From: a virus
Lineage: Duplodnaviria; Caudoviricetes
Reading direction: 5' to 3' (one strand)
IMG/VR virus record: IMGVR_UViG_3300011336_000437
Location: 1 to 48,513 of that record
DNA: 48,513 bases
The notes beneath the pieces were generated by a model. It was not told the origin of the DNA and did not search any database. It worked only from the letters and a program-made list of their open reading frames with translations. Positions 8,703 through 17,740 of this stretch are shown here, one piece after another. The position numbers and the translations under genes were made by a program. Numbering within the stretch: position 1 is the first letter of the stretch; each line of letters starts with the position of its first letter.

Positions 8703-9443
8703 CTATAGATCTGCTTGCATGGGTTCGTTGCTAGGCGAATATTCTTCGGTACATATAGAAGCATTTACGAACGTAGTACCACGATCGTTAGTGTACTTTC
8801 CATGAGGTGCATGTATGTGTCCAAACACGTGAAGTTTTAAGTTCTCTAATTCGTAGTTGACCGTGTACTCTAACTCTTCGCATCCTACATTGTCTACTCC
8901 GTTTTCTAACAGATCTAATATTCCTTTGGCTGGTCCGTGAGTGATAAGAACATCCACGTTTTTTGGTATCACGCTCCAGTAATTTCTAATCTCGTGTCCT
9001 CTTGCAGCGTTAAATGCCCAGTATTCTTTAAAGAAATCGGGAGTCATAGGAGATCCGTGAAACAGTTTTCCTTGGATTATCTCCGAATTGTTTTCTAGGT
9101 AGTGGATTCTTTTGTCCATTGAACCAAGAAGATCTATCAACCACTCAGGTTTTTTTAGCTCGTAAGTCTCTACGTCTCTGTTGTTTTCGTAGTATCTTAC
9201 GAACCTACCTTTATTAGTTTCTCCAAAAAGTGGATCAAAGGATAGATCATGGTTACCCGCAACAAATACGATATCATCAAAGTTATCCAACTGTCTGTGA
9301 AAGAATGCTATGATCGATTGTACGTCTGCTCTTTTACCTATATTGGTTAAATCTCCAGCGTGCACAAGAATATTACCTGTTCCAACTGAATGCTTCATTT
9401 GATTGTGTAAACCATGCGTATCGCTGATACAAGTAATTTTCAT
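8703..9443 (-). CDS. Calcineurin-like metallophosphoesterase (MPPED/239FB-like)
   Basis: ISDTH, HAGD, AGNHD, LITHGP, VGCEEL, FGHIH, VNAS. Confidence 0.9.
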   Translation of the reverse strand: MKITCISDTHGLHNQMKHSVGTGNILVHAGDLTNIGKRADVQSIIAFFHRQLDNFDDIVFVAGNHDLSFDPLFGETNKGRFVRYYENNRDVETYELKKPEWLIDLLGSMDKRIHYLENNSEIIQGKLFHGSPMTPDFFKEYWAFNAARGHEIRNYWSVIPKNVDVLITHGPAKGILDLLENGVDNVGCEELEYTVNYELENLKLHVFGHIHAPHGKYTNDRGTTFVNASICTEEYSPSNEPMQADL

Positions 9444-9448
9444 TTCTA

Positions 9449-9655
9449 TTACGCTTTTTTGTTTTTGATATTTAAGATCTTAATCCACACTAACATAAAG
9501 AAAAACATAGGCCAAAATATAACCCACAATGGAGCCAAGAACCATCCGTCTCCAGATTCGTTCTGTAAGTGGAGCTTTCTAACGAATATATTAATTGCCC
9601 AATAAGATAGACCGATAAAATAATAGATAATGTAGTAAATGTGTTGATCGTGCAT
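9449..9655 (-). CDS. Small membrane protein
   Basis: Two hydrophobic segments, FWP motif. Confidence 0.7.
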   Translation of the reverse strand: MHDQHIYYIIYYFIGLSYWAINIFVRKLHLQNESGDGWFLAPLWVIFWPMFFFMLVWIKILNIKNKKA

Positions 9656-9702
9656 AACTTTTGTTTAGGTAAATGTAATGAATTTATTCGAATCAGTTAC
9701 AC

Positions 9703-10053
9703 TCATATTCTTGGTGTCTTCCAAAGTATTTGAATCGCTATGATAACAAAACACAAAGCTAAACACACCGCAGTTTTAGAACTTATCTTTTCATCGAACA
9801 TTAGCCAACCCATAATGGAGAACACCGCTATTCCAACTGAGAATCCCATAATCCTACCTGGCCACATTTGATCGTCGAAAGCTTTAGCAAAATAGTGTAC
9901 GCTCTTAATAACAAAGAAAGATATCGGTGCTCCCATCAATACCATCAACCATAGATTGTTTTTAAGTAGGGGGATTTTATACGATCCTTGAGCGCAAATA
10001 AAACTTAATACTTGTGATATTAATCCGTAAATGATAGCGTAAAATAAATTCAT
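9703..10053 (-). CDS. Four-TM SMR/EamA(DMT)-like membrane protein
   Basis: Start moved to MNLFYA (AAAGTTATG); GWLMFDEKISSK motif resembles DMT C-terminal hairpin. Confidence 0.65.
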   Translation of the reverse strand: MNLFYAIIYGLISQVLSFICAQGSYKIPLLKNNLWLMVLMGAPISFFVIKSVHYFAKAFDDQMWPGRIMGFSVGIAVFSIMGWLMFDEKISSKTAVCLALCFVIIAIQILWKTPRI

Positions 10054-10061
10054 AACTTTGT

Positions 10062-10370
10062 TTAATATATCGAGACAGAGTGTTTCTTCATCATTAAGTC
10101 CACTCTTTCTTTCTCTATATTGGTAAGTTTTGTAGGTCTGTGTTGAATAGACTTTATAAAGTTGGTATCTCTTTCTATATCTGAAAGTCTTGCTTTCGAT
10201 CCGTCTGTAGATTTGGACGCCCAAAACTTATAGTTCTCTAACAGTCTTTCTTTTAGGGCGGTAATTTTTTCGCCGTAACTAGCTCGTCTCTCGGAGAAAC
10301 TCTTGGCTACTTCCATTATTTTGTCTGTTTTATCAGCGATCTTTGAAAGTAGCCAAGATTTTCTGTCCAT
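10062..10370 (-). CDS. Hypothetical protein
   Basis: 102 aa ORF. Confidence 0.7.
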   Translation of the reverse strand: MDRKSWLLSKIADKTDKIMEVAKSFSERRASYGEKITALKERLLENYKFWASKSTDGSKARLSDIERDTNFIKSIQHRPTKLTNIEKERVDLMMKKHSVSIY

Positions 10371-10371
10371 T

Positions 10372-10548
10372 TTATGTGATGTTTAGTATTTTTCCTGTTG
10401 ATTGATTTCCTCCTGTCTCGTCAACCTTTTTAGATCCCTTGCTCAGCATCTTCTTAATCTCTTTCTTGATCTCTTTTAAACTATCTACGTATTCTTTGAG
10501 CTTCTCTTTTTCTTCTATAGTCAAGTGCTCTAGATTAACTCTTCCCAT
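10372..10548 (-). CDS. Small coiled-coil protein (MGRVNLEHL..., 58 aa)
   Basis: Read manually; ATATTTAT at 10566-10573 upstream. Confidence 0.6.
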   Translation of the reverse strand: MGRVNLEHLTIEEKEKLKEYVDSLKEIKKEIKKMLSKGSKKVDETGGNQSTGKILNIT

Positions 10549-10575
10549 TACATGTTTTATTTTTTATAAATATCT

Positions 10576-10866
10576 TTAAAATATCTTATTCTCTTGATCT
10601 AGTTTCATTTCTTCTTCTAGCAGTTTATATTGAGAACTCATGAAGTTATCGAAGTCTTGCCAAACTATTCTATCTTCTTCATCATCTTGAAACGCCACCA
10701 ATATCTGTTCGTTTCTATCTTTAGCAATTGCTACAAATCCAAAACCCTCGCAAATTATGGGATAGTAATTACCTTTAACTAAATTTTTTGCTACCTCATA
10801 AACATCAAAGTCATGAGGAAATCCGCGGTCCCATACATCGCAATACTGTTTAGAAAACTCTGCCAT
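10576..10866 (-). CDS. Conserved hypothetical phage protein (MAEFSKQYC...ICEGFG)
   Basis: 96 aa ORF. Confidence 0.75.
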   Translation of the reverse strand: MAEFSKQYCDVWDRGFPHDFDVYEVAKNLVKGNYYPIICEGFGFVAIAKDRNEQILVAFQDDEEDRIVWQDFDNFMSSQYKLLEEEMKLDQENKIF

Positions 10867-10867
10867 T

Positions 10868-11038
10868 TTATTTTATGTTTGAAGTGAATAATGATCTTAC
10901 TGCTCGACCTAATTCTGGGTCATTAGGCAACTCGTATAATAAATACTTAAAGGTTGTATATAACCGATCTTGATCTTTTATTAAAGATAGTTGATACTCT
11001 ACTTTGTCTAAGAGCTCTTTCTTTTCTTTATCTGTCAT
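10868..11038 (-). CDS. Small protein with PNDxELG motif (56 aa)
   Basis: Read manually; fills the gap exactly. Confidence 0.6.
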   Translation of the reverse strand: MTDKEKKELLDKVEYQLSLIKDQDRLYTTFKYLLYELPNDPELGRAVRSLFTSNIK

Positions 11039-11041
11039 ATA

Positions 11042-11341
11042 TTAGATTTTTGCTTTTCTGATTGTTGGTTTAGTACTATTAATGTCTAGTAAAGGAGATG
11101 GTGATGATCCAATCCCTAAACTTCCACTATATGGAGCATACAATATTTTATCCTTATCTGTTTTCTCTACCACTAGTGGGTGATAATCTTTACCGTCATG
11201 ATGGATTGTAAAATTACTAGGTACTAACACCTCTTCTTTTGGCTCTTCTTTCTTTGGAATATAAGTTGCAGCTTTAGCCGCTACTACTCCGCTTGCGAAT
11301 GTTGCAAGCCCTTTAAAAAATGATCTACGGTTATTTTCCAT
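11042..11341 (-). CDS. Small protein with twin-arginine (Tat)-type signal peptide
   Basis: NRRSFFKG followed by Ala/Gly-rich h-region and AKA. Confidence 0.7.
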   Translation of the reverse strand: MENNRRSFFKGLATFASGVVAAKAATYIPKKEEPKEEVLVPSNFTIHHDGKDYHPLVVEKTDKDKILYAPYSGSLGIGSSPSPLLDINSTKPTIRKAKI

Positions 11342-11477
11342 TTTTATCTATTTTGTCACTATATTTTATTGCGAGCCACAACATGCCTAATGGTATGATT
11401 GCTGCAGTTGCCACTCCTAATATAAGATTGATTATTTGTTGTATCAATGTATTAGGATTTTAATTTAGAATGTAAAC

Positions 11478-12215
11478 TTACAAATATTTGTAATCATTAA
11501 ACTTTTTATTTTTAGAGTTGATTCTCCATAAAATTGTAGGTGAAGGAATTCCAGTTTGTCTAGTTGCTTCTGCCAAACTTTCGTATATATTATTATCAAT
11601 CATTACTTGTTTCATGTTTGGTGGTTTTCTGCCTTTATTCTTTTCTGATATCGACTTCTTTACCTTATCGCTGTGGGTTTTGTTATAGAATGCATTTTTT
11701 TCTTTAGCTCTATCATATACAATATGATATTTGCAGTATTCTGCATTTTGAGATACTTTAATTCCACAGGTTTTGCAATAACACATAGATATTCCGCCTT
11801 TCCAGTTAGGATTTTTTTCCATAGGTTTAGATAACTTTTGTTTTCTTTCTTCTATTGACAAACCATCTCTCCATTTTTGACTTCCAATTTTTATATTTTC
11901 TATTATTACATGTCTATTTGGATTTTTTGTTAGGTTATCTCCACCGTTAGCGTGAATTCCTATGTTATATGCAGGATTTTTATTTAAGTATAGTTGTTCA
12001 AGATCGAACAGTTCTTCTTCTTCACATATTTCTACTATTTCAAATGCAAAATTATATGATCTGTATTTATTCCACGCTCTTTGCAAAATAACATTAATAT
12101 GTTTATCATTTATTAAATCGTTCTTATGTCGTTTCCAACGTTTTTCTATTTCTTTAGAAGATCCATAATAACATTTATCGTTCACTAAATTCATTATTCT
12201 ATATATTCCAATCAT
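11478..12215 (-). CDS. Free-standing GIY-YIG homing endonuclease (Seg/I-TevI-like) with NUMOD motifs
   Basis: GIYRI...YYGSS..RW..H, HxNxxLQRAW, E..YL, YN; KTHSDKVK NUMOD3; C-terminal YESLAEATR HTH. Confidence 0.9.
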   Translation of the reverse strand: MIGIYRIMNLVNDKCYYGSSKEIEKRWKRHKNDLINDKHINVILQRAWNKYRSYNFAFEIVEICEEEELFDLEQLYLNKNPAYNIGIHANGGDNLTKNPNRHVIIENIKIGSQKWRDGLSIEERKQKLSKPMEKNPNWKGGISMCYCKTCGIKVSQNAEYCKYHIVYDRAKEKNAFYNKTHSDKVKKSISEKNKGRKPPNMKQVMIDNNIYESLAEATRQTGIPSPTILWRINSKNKKFNDYKYL

Positions 12216-12271
12216 AGGACTGCCTTTTAATATAAATATGATTAAATATAAAAAATTAAAAGGTAGTCCTA
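12215..12271 (-). promoter_or_regulatory. Translation-repressing hairpin enclosing a putative late promoter
   Basis: 17 bp inverted repeat 12215-12231/12255-12271 (1 mismatch) reaching the A of ATG; ATATTTAT at 12232-12239 in the loop. Confidence 0.8.
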
Positions 12272-12275
12272 AAAA

Positions 12276-13367
12276 CTAATTTGATAGTGGCATTTTTATA
12301 GACGGGTGATATTGATAATCTTCTAAAGTAATATCTTCCAATGTGTACTCTGCTATATCATTAACTGTTCTATCAGATATCTTAACAGTTGGTAGTTTAT
12401 ATGGTGTTCTGGTCAACTGTTCTTTGATAGGTTCAATATGATTAAGATATAAATGACAATCTCCTAAGCTACCTATCAAGTCTTCAGGAAGCATATTAAC
12501 TTGTTTAGCTATCATCATCAACAACAATCCGTAACTTGCTATATTAAAGCTCAAGCCCAATCCCGTATCGATGCTACGTTGATTCCACATTAGAGAGATT
12601 GCTCGTTTTGGTGTTCTATCGCTAAATGCTTCTTCTGTAATAATAAGATTATCCAATTCAATATCTCTATTTTTCATCACCCATTGTATCTTCTCTTCTA
12701 AACTCAACTCTCTAGTATACATTTGAAATCCATAATGACAAGGAGGAAGAATCATTTGATCTAACTCACCTACATTCCAAGCACTAACCATCAATCTTCT
12801 ACTATCGGGATTTGTTTTTAGTTCGTTGATTAGGTTTGCGATTTGGTCTATGCCTTCAATATTCCATTTCAACATTGGTCTATCTGGGTGTGAGGGATCT
12901 GTTTTATTTGTTGCTTCCCATTTAAGAGTATTCCAACTTCTCCATTGTGACCCATAGATTTTTCCCAATTCACCCCACTGCTTTGCAAACTTATCATCAG
13001 TTTTGATTTTGTTGATAAATTGTTCTTTATTAGTAATGGCATAACCTGCAATTGTGGTATCATCCATAAACTTTTCCAATGTCTTTCTTTTATAATTTTC
13101 CCAAGCATCACCATCCCAAATATGACAATCATTATCAACTAAGAATTTAATATTAGTATCACCTCTTAAAAACCATAACAACTCCGTTACCATCACTTTC
13201 CATGCCATTTTCTTTGTAGTTAGCAGAGGAAAGCCATCACTCATGTTGTGTCTGATCTGCCTACCGAATACTGACCTTGTCCCGGTCCCGGTCCTATCTT
13301 TTTTTTCTACACCATTATCAAGTATATCTTGTAGTAGTGCTGTGTATTGCGGGTCTAAATTATTCAT
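12276..13367 (-). CDS. thyA: Thymidylate synthase
   Basis: DRTGTGT, FPLLTTKK, ELLWF, PDSRR, LPPCH, QRS.D..LGL.FNIASY, GDCHLY. Confidence 0.97.
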   Translation of the reverse strand: MNNLDPQYTALLQDILDNGVEKKDRTGTGTRSVFGRQIRHNMSDGFPLLTTKKMAWKVMVTELLWFLRGDTNIKFLVDNDCHIWDGDAWENYKRKTLEKFMDDTTIAGYAITNKEQFINKIKTDDKFAKQWGELGKIYGSQWRSWNTLKWEATNKTDPSHPDRPMLKWNIEGIDQIANLINELKTNPDSRRLMVSAWNVGELDQMILPPCHYGFQMYTRELSLEEKIQWVMKNRDIELDNLIITEEAFSDRTPKRAISLMWNQRSIDTGLGLSFNIASYGLLLMMIAKQVNMLPEDLIGSLGDCHLYLNHIEPIKEQLTRTPYKLPTVKISDRTVNDIAEYTLEDITLEDYQYHPSIKMPLSN

Positions 13368-13683
13368 TAGTCTTATTTATGCTCTTCATTACTTTTTCAA
13401 GCTTCTCTAGTTGGTCATTATTTTGTTTTATCAAATAATTGTTTTCGTACAGTCTTTGAGAAACATCTGCTTGCGTGTTTTCTATTTGATTAATTCCATT
13501 ACTTATTGAATCTTGTTTTATTAAGACTGTATCTACTTTATCTTTTGTAATAGCTACGTTTGACTCAATAGATTTTATGTCTTTAGGAGTTCCTATTATC
13601 TTGGTAAAAACTGAGTAGACGATAAAAGATGACAGTATTACTGCGCTTAAAACTTCCATTAATTCTGTGAAAAACTTTTTCAT
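13360..13683 (-). CDS. Membrane-anchored coiled-coil protein
   Basis: N-terminal TM then heptad-rich region. Confidence 0.7.
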   Translation of the reverse strand: MKKFFTELMEVLSAVILSSFIVYSVFTKIIGTPKDIKSIESNVAITKDKVDTVLIKQDSISNGINQIENTQADVSQRLYENNYLIKQNNDQLEKLEKVMKSINKTNE

Positions 13684-13691
13684 GTTTGTTG

Positions 13692-14324
13692 TTAATTATT
13701 GATGTATGTAATTGGTGGCTCTATATTTTTTAGTGAGATCATATTCAGTTTAAGTTGATGCAAAACAAATATAACTGAAAGTGCTATTAAAGTTGATATC
13801 AAAGTAAATAGCAATACTTTTTTAAGGCTAAATTTTTTAATCTTTACTTTGGCTTCATCTTTGATCTCTATGTCTTTAATCTCTTGCGTTATTGGAATAC
13901 TTCTTAAAGATTGCAATAAGATATCGCTATTCTTTTTAGTTATGTATTGACCTTGATTTTTACAAGTTACGATCGCATTATAGATCTCTTCGTGTTCATC
14001 GTTTTTGGTTAGATATCCATCTGCGCCTAGTTTCAACATCTCTAACACCATTTGTTTACTATCATTCATAGTAAGCATCACAACTTTAATATGAGGATAT
14101 AGCTTCTTTATTTCTGCTAAAGCTGCTGATCCGTCCATAACAGGCATGTTTATATCTAATAGTATGACATCAGGTTGTACATGCTTGAGTTGCTTTATTA
14201 GTTTTAATCCGTCTTCAGATTCCCCTATGATGTCTATATCTTCTTTAGTTTCTAACCAAGACTTAACGCCTTGTCTATAGAAGAAATGATCATCGCATAT
14301 AATAACCTTTATCGTATCAGTCAT
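13692..14324 (-). CDS. Response-regulator receiver domain (NarL-like) with C-terminal TM instead of HTH
   Basis: ICDDH, LLDINMP, MLT, GADGYLTK; hydrophobic VLLFTLISTLIALSVIFVL. Confidence 0.85.
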   Translation of the reverse strand: MTDTIKVIICDDHFFYRQGVKSWLETKEDIDIIGESEDGLKLIKQLKHVQPDVILLDINMPVMDGSAALAEIKKLYPHIKVVMLTMNDSKQMVLEMLKLGADGYLTKNDEHEEIYNAIVTCKNQGQYITKKNSDILLQSLRSIPITQEIKDIEIKDEAKVKIKKFSLKKVLLFTLISTLIALSVIFVLHQLKLNMISLKNIEPPITYINN

Positions 14325-14686
14325 TATTCGAATGTTTTAATTTTAGCGGTAACTTCTTTTAGTTCTGACCACGTACCATTATAAGTAACAGCTCTAACTT
14401 TACGATTATCGATCCACATATACTCTTGACCATCTTTGATTCTTGGTTTATCCATAATTAGTCCGTGATATTTGAACCCGTGTTCTCTTAACCAAGCTTC
14501 CGTTGCCTCTCTGTCCTTGCTTTGTCTTGCAGTAAAGAAGTGAATAGTGTCTCCTTCGTCGTACCACTTGTTTAGAGTATCTTTGGCTCCAGAATATTCC
14601 TTAGCTGTTGGATATAGGTGACTGTCCTCGTTTTTTATATCATCGCAAATCGTACCATCGATATCAACTAAGAGTATTTTATTCAT
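14324..14686 (-). CDS. HAD-family phosphatase (PNKP-phosphatase-like)
   Basis: LVDIDGT, FFTAR, TEAWL, MDKPR, WIDN. Confidence 0.8.
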   Translation of the reverse strand: MNKILLVDIDGTICDDIKNEDSHLYPTAKEYSGAKDTLNKWYDEGDTIHFFTARQSKDREATEAWLREHGFKYHGLIMDKPRIKDGQEYMWIDNRKVRAVTYNGTWSELKEVTAKIKTFE

Positions 14687-14696
14687 GCTATTTGTT

Positions 14697-15005
14697 TTAA
14701 TCTTCTACTTTATCCCAATAAGTTTCTGTTATAACTCTTTCTTTCTTTTCTACTCTATTGAGTTCTTTTATTTCATTTAAATCTACATCTTGTTCTGAAT
14801 AGACGTAAGTGTTAGTTTCCCAATATCCGTCTAGCGATCTATCAATTTCTGGAAACCATGATTCTCTAATTACTATAATTGATCGTATATAAAAGCTAGA
14901 TCCACGTCTATGTTCTTGAAAGCTTGTGTCATCAAAGTCAGATATTAATTCATTAAAGTCTACGCCTAGTTCTTTGGCATTTTTTCTTGTAATTTTATTT
15001 ATCAT
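14697..15005 (-). CDS. Hypothetical protein
   Basis: 102 aa ORF. Confidence 0.7.
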   Translation of the reverse strand: MINKITRKNAKELGVDFNELISDFDDTSFQEHRRGSSFYIRSIIVIRESWFPEIDRSLDGYWETNTYVYSEQDVDLNEIKELNRVEKKERVITETYWDKVED

Positions 15006-15014
15006 ATTATTTAT

Positions 15015-15194
15015 TTAATATTCTGATTTGATAAGATTAATAAACTCTGTAAATTCTTCATTTGTAATTTCATCTGTGTCTATTTGATGGTACAAAAAGG
15101 AATATTTGCCATTAGTTATGCATCCTTTTTTTTGTACAAATCCATATGACTCTAGTAGTTCTAGTCTTTCTGAGTAATTATATATTGCGGTCAT
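15015..15194 (-). CDS. Hypothetical protein
   Basis: Likely start MTAIY just after the upstream stop. Confidence 0.6.
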   Translation of the reverse strand: MTAIYNYSERLELLESYGFVQKKGCITNGKYSFLYHQIDTDEITNEEFTEFINLIKSEY

Positions 15195-15196
15195 AA

Positions 15197-15394
15197 TTAA
15201 TCTTCCTGATTCCATTTAATACCCTCGCCTTCTACAAGTATATCGTCTGCTATTTTAGATAATAAGTCAGGCGCATAAATAATAGCGTCATCGCCTTGCA
15301 TTATACATTCTCCAACTCCGTATTTTTCAAAATACTGTGTAAGCATTTCGATAGCCTTTTCTTTTTTTTCTTCTGTCCAATTAATTGTGTACAT
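15197..15394 (-). CDS. Hypothetical protein
   Basis: 65 aa ORF. Confidence 0.7.
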   Translation of the reverse strand: MYTINWTEEKKEKAIEMLTQYFEKYGVGECIMQGDDAIIYAPDLLSKIADDILVEGEGIKWNQED

Positions 15395-15396
15395 AG

Positions 15397-15789
15397 TTAT
15401 TTGCTTTCGTAGATGTATAATTTGTAATGACTGTTCTTCGTTGTAAATATAATCAATTCTTCTGAAACAGATTTAATTTCTTTTACGGTTGTGGTCATCC
15501 AAGTGTACGTATATCCTGCGAAGTCTAAGACCAAACTTCTGCCTATTCCTGGTTCTGAGTGCTTTTCTTTGAACGTGCCATTTTCTTTCCACTCTATCCA
15601 AATTATATCGTTTCCTTTTTTTACCAATCCATCAGATCTCTCTAACTTGTACTTATGCGTAGGTTTAAATTCACTATCGCAGTCTTCGCAGTACAAATGA
15701 TCTATCATGCCTTCGCTAATAATCTTGTTACACTTGTTGCAAAGCGTTGCGCCTCGACCCCCGTTAAATTTATGTATTGGCTTTTTCAT
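15397..15789 (-). CDS. Zinc-finger-containing phage protein
   Basis: KFNGGRGATLCNKC...CEDC. Confidence 0.75.
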   Translation of the reverse strand: MKKPIHKFNGGRGATLCNKCNKIISEGMIDHLYCEDCDSEFKPTHKYKLERSDGLVKKGNDIIWIEWKENGTFKEKHSEPGIGRSLVLDFAGYTYTWMTTTVKEIKSVSEELIIFTTKNSHYKLYIYESK

Positions 15790-16907
15790 TAGTGAGAATC
15801 TCCTATATTATTTTTTTCTGAGTAGATAAGATAGTCTGGGTTAATTACTTTTGCGATCTTCCTTCTATCTCCGGATACGTCTTTTATTACTACTCCTTCA
15901 TGAGGTACTTTAGTGCCTTCGATAAAGTTATTGAATACCAACGAGTCCTGTATTTCCTTAGACCACATTCCAGTCCATAAAATAGGCACATAGGGTACTC
16001 TGAAATGCGATATGATCATGTATGCCGCGCTACTTGTATCTACGTACTCACCATTTATGCTTACATCAAATCCCATCAATTTAATCTCGTCTAGTCCATA
16101 GTCATATCCTTTTTGTATGCCGACGCCGTAGATCTCTCCATATAGAGTAATTCCGGTACCAATATCTTTTGCTCCTCTAAACTTGGCAATGTTCCACATC
16201 TTTTCTTTAAGATTGTACTTATCTGCAATCTCGTACCACACATTAGTATCGTAGAATCCTTGAGAGTCTGATCCTTTCTCTACGTTGTGAGATCCTACTA
16301 CGAACTCGTACTCTACCCATTCGTTACCAAAGAACTTTTTTATTTTGTCTAAGAAAGACATTTTATTCTTTTTTACTATTCCATATCTTGCATTAGTTCC
16401 ATGGATCTTCCTAGTGATCTCGACTAAGTCCTTCTCTGTGAACATGTCTGGAACGTTCTTAGCATTCGGGAACTTGTAGTACACTGTAAAGTTAGGATTG
16501 TCTTGGTACCTTACCTTTCTACCTGATGACAGCTGAACCATTTTTATAGGAGGTTCGTACTTAAAGATCTCCATCAATTCCATGCAATCCACTCCTTCCT
16601 TTCTGTATTTTTCTGGAATGAAATTAATGGGAAGAATCAAACACTCGCTATACACTCCACGAAGTTTAACGGTTCTGACCCTTTGACCATTTCTCAAATA
16701 ACTAGTTACTCCCATGGCCACAGATAACTCTAAAGGAATTACTGCGTCTGTAGTGGCTACTACTACCAGATCTCCTACTTTGTATGCATCCTTTTGAATC
16801 ACACAGTTCCATCCGCCTATGGTAGCCAAGACTATTTTGTCGGCTCCTTCTATTGGCTTGATTTCATTTATTTTGGATATGTAACAGACCGAGTTTAAAT
16901 TTTCCAT
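15789..16907 (-). CDS. RNA ligase, DRB0094/Rnl5-type
   Basis: N-terminal OB-like (PIEGADKI, KLRGVYSECL), motif I KIHGTN, YGEIYG, FDV, HEGVVIK, AKVIN. Confidence 0.88.
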   Translation of the reverse strand: MENLNSVCYISKINEIKPIEGADKIVLATIGGWNCVIQKDAYKVGDLVVVATTDAVIPLELSVAMGVTSYLRNGQRVRTVKLRGVYSECLILPINFIPEKYRKEGVDCMELMEIFKYEPPIKMVQLSSGRKVRYQDNPNFTVYYKFPNAKNVPDMFTEKDLVEITRKIHGTNARYGIVKKNKMSFLDKIKKFFGNEWVEYEFVVGSHNVEKGSDSQGFYDTNVWYEIADKYNLKEKMWNIAKFRGAKDIGTGITLYGEIYGVGIQKGYDYGLDEIKLMGFDVSINGEYVDTSSAAYMIISHFRVPYVPILWTGMWSKEIQDSLVFNNFIEGTKVPHEGVVIKDVSGDRRKIAKVINPDYLIYSEKNNIGDSH

Positions 16908-16913
16908 GTTTTA

Positions 16914-17255
16914 TTATTTTTTATCGTTAAGTTCTGGTAAAATTTTTATTGAGCTTGGTTTAACGTGACGAATAGGCATCCTGTCTAAAGTCACTTGAAA
17001 ACCGAAAGAAGGAAAGTTCTTGTTGTATCCTATAAATTGACAGGTTCCTACCCACCTCTCATTGCTTTCAGTCAACACAGAGATTCTTTTTCCCAAGAAC
17101 TCTTGTTGTATGTGATCTATTACGTGTTGTGGCATCTCTTTAATAGTTAAAAATCCCTGACGATCTCCTCTTTTAATTTTACTAATTTTATTTTTATAAT
17201 CGGTTTCGTTGTGGGCTAATACAATCCACCAATCTTCGTAAATTCTTACTATCAT
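16914..17255 (-). CDS. Hypothetical protein
   Basis: 113 aa ORF. Confidence 0.7.
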   Translation of the reverse strand: MIVRIYEDWWIVLAHNETDYKNKISKIKRGDRQGFLTIKEMPQHVIDHIQQEFLGKRISVLTESNERWVGTCQFIGYNKNFPSFGFQVTLDRMPIRHVKPSSIKILPELNDKK

Positions 17256-17509
17256 TTGTTACCTCCTTGTATTTTATCTATTATCAAATTCGCACAATCC
17301 ATAAAACCCTTTTCATAAGCAGTGTATGCGTATTCTATAGTAGGGTAAGGATTCATTACTTGTTTTTGATAAAATAACTCTTTTTCTATCTCTTCATAGG
17401 TTGGGAGTTCAATGGGTCTTAACATAGCAAGAATTAAATACGCTTGTTTAGGATTTGCTTTAGCGGCATTAATCGCAATAGATACTTGTTCTTCTGTGTA
17501 TAGTTTCAT
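17252..17509 (-). CDS. Hypothetical phage protein (MKLYTEEQV type)
   Basis: 85 aa ORF, ATGA overlap with next gene. Confidence 0.75.
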   Translation of the reverse strand: MKLYTEEQVSIAINAAKANPKQAYLILAMLRPIELPTYEEIEKELFYQKQVMNPYPTIEYAYTAYEKGFMDCANLIIDKIQGGNK

Positions 17510-17740
17510 AACCTTTTTGTTTTTAGTTTTGTAGATTTGGTTGGTTATCCAATACCGCCACGTGGAGGCATCTACTTGGTATCAAGGGCTTCGTTGCTAC
17601 TTCGCTGTTATCGGCCGATTCAGTGTTTTCGCCATTCATGTTTTATTAAAGTGTATATCCCCTACTTCACCCAATTGGATACCAACACTTTTACTACTTT
17701 GATCGGGACGCAGGACAAAGTAGAGAAAAAACCTCCCGTG

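Noticed and set aside
10054-10224. Long N-terminal extension of the DMT-like membrane protein
   Set aside because: Overlaps the upstream gene; the canonical AAAGTTATG start is at 10053.
11478-13367. Group I intron in thyA
   Set aside because: thyA is continuous to its PLSN C-terminus and the endonuclease lies outside it.
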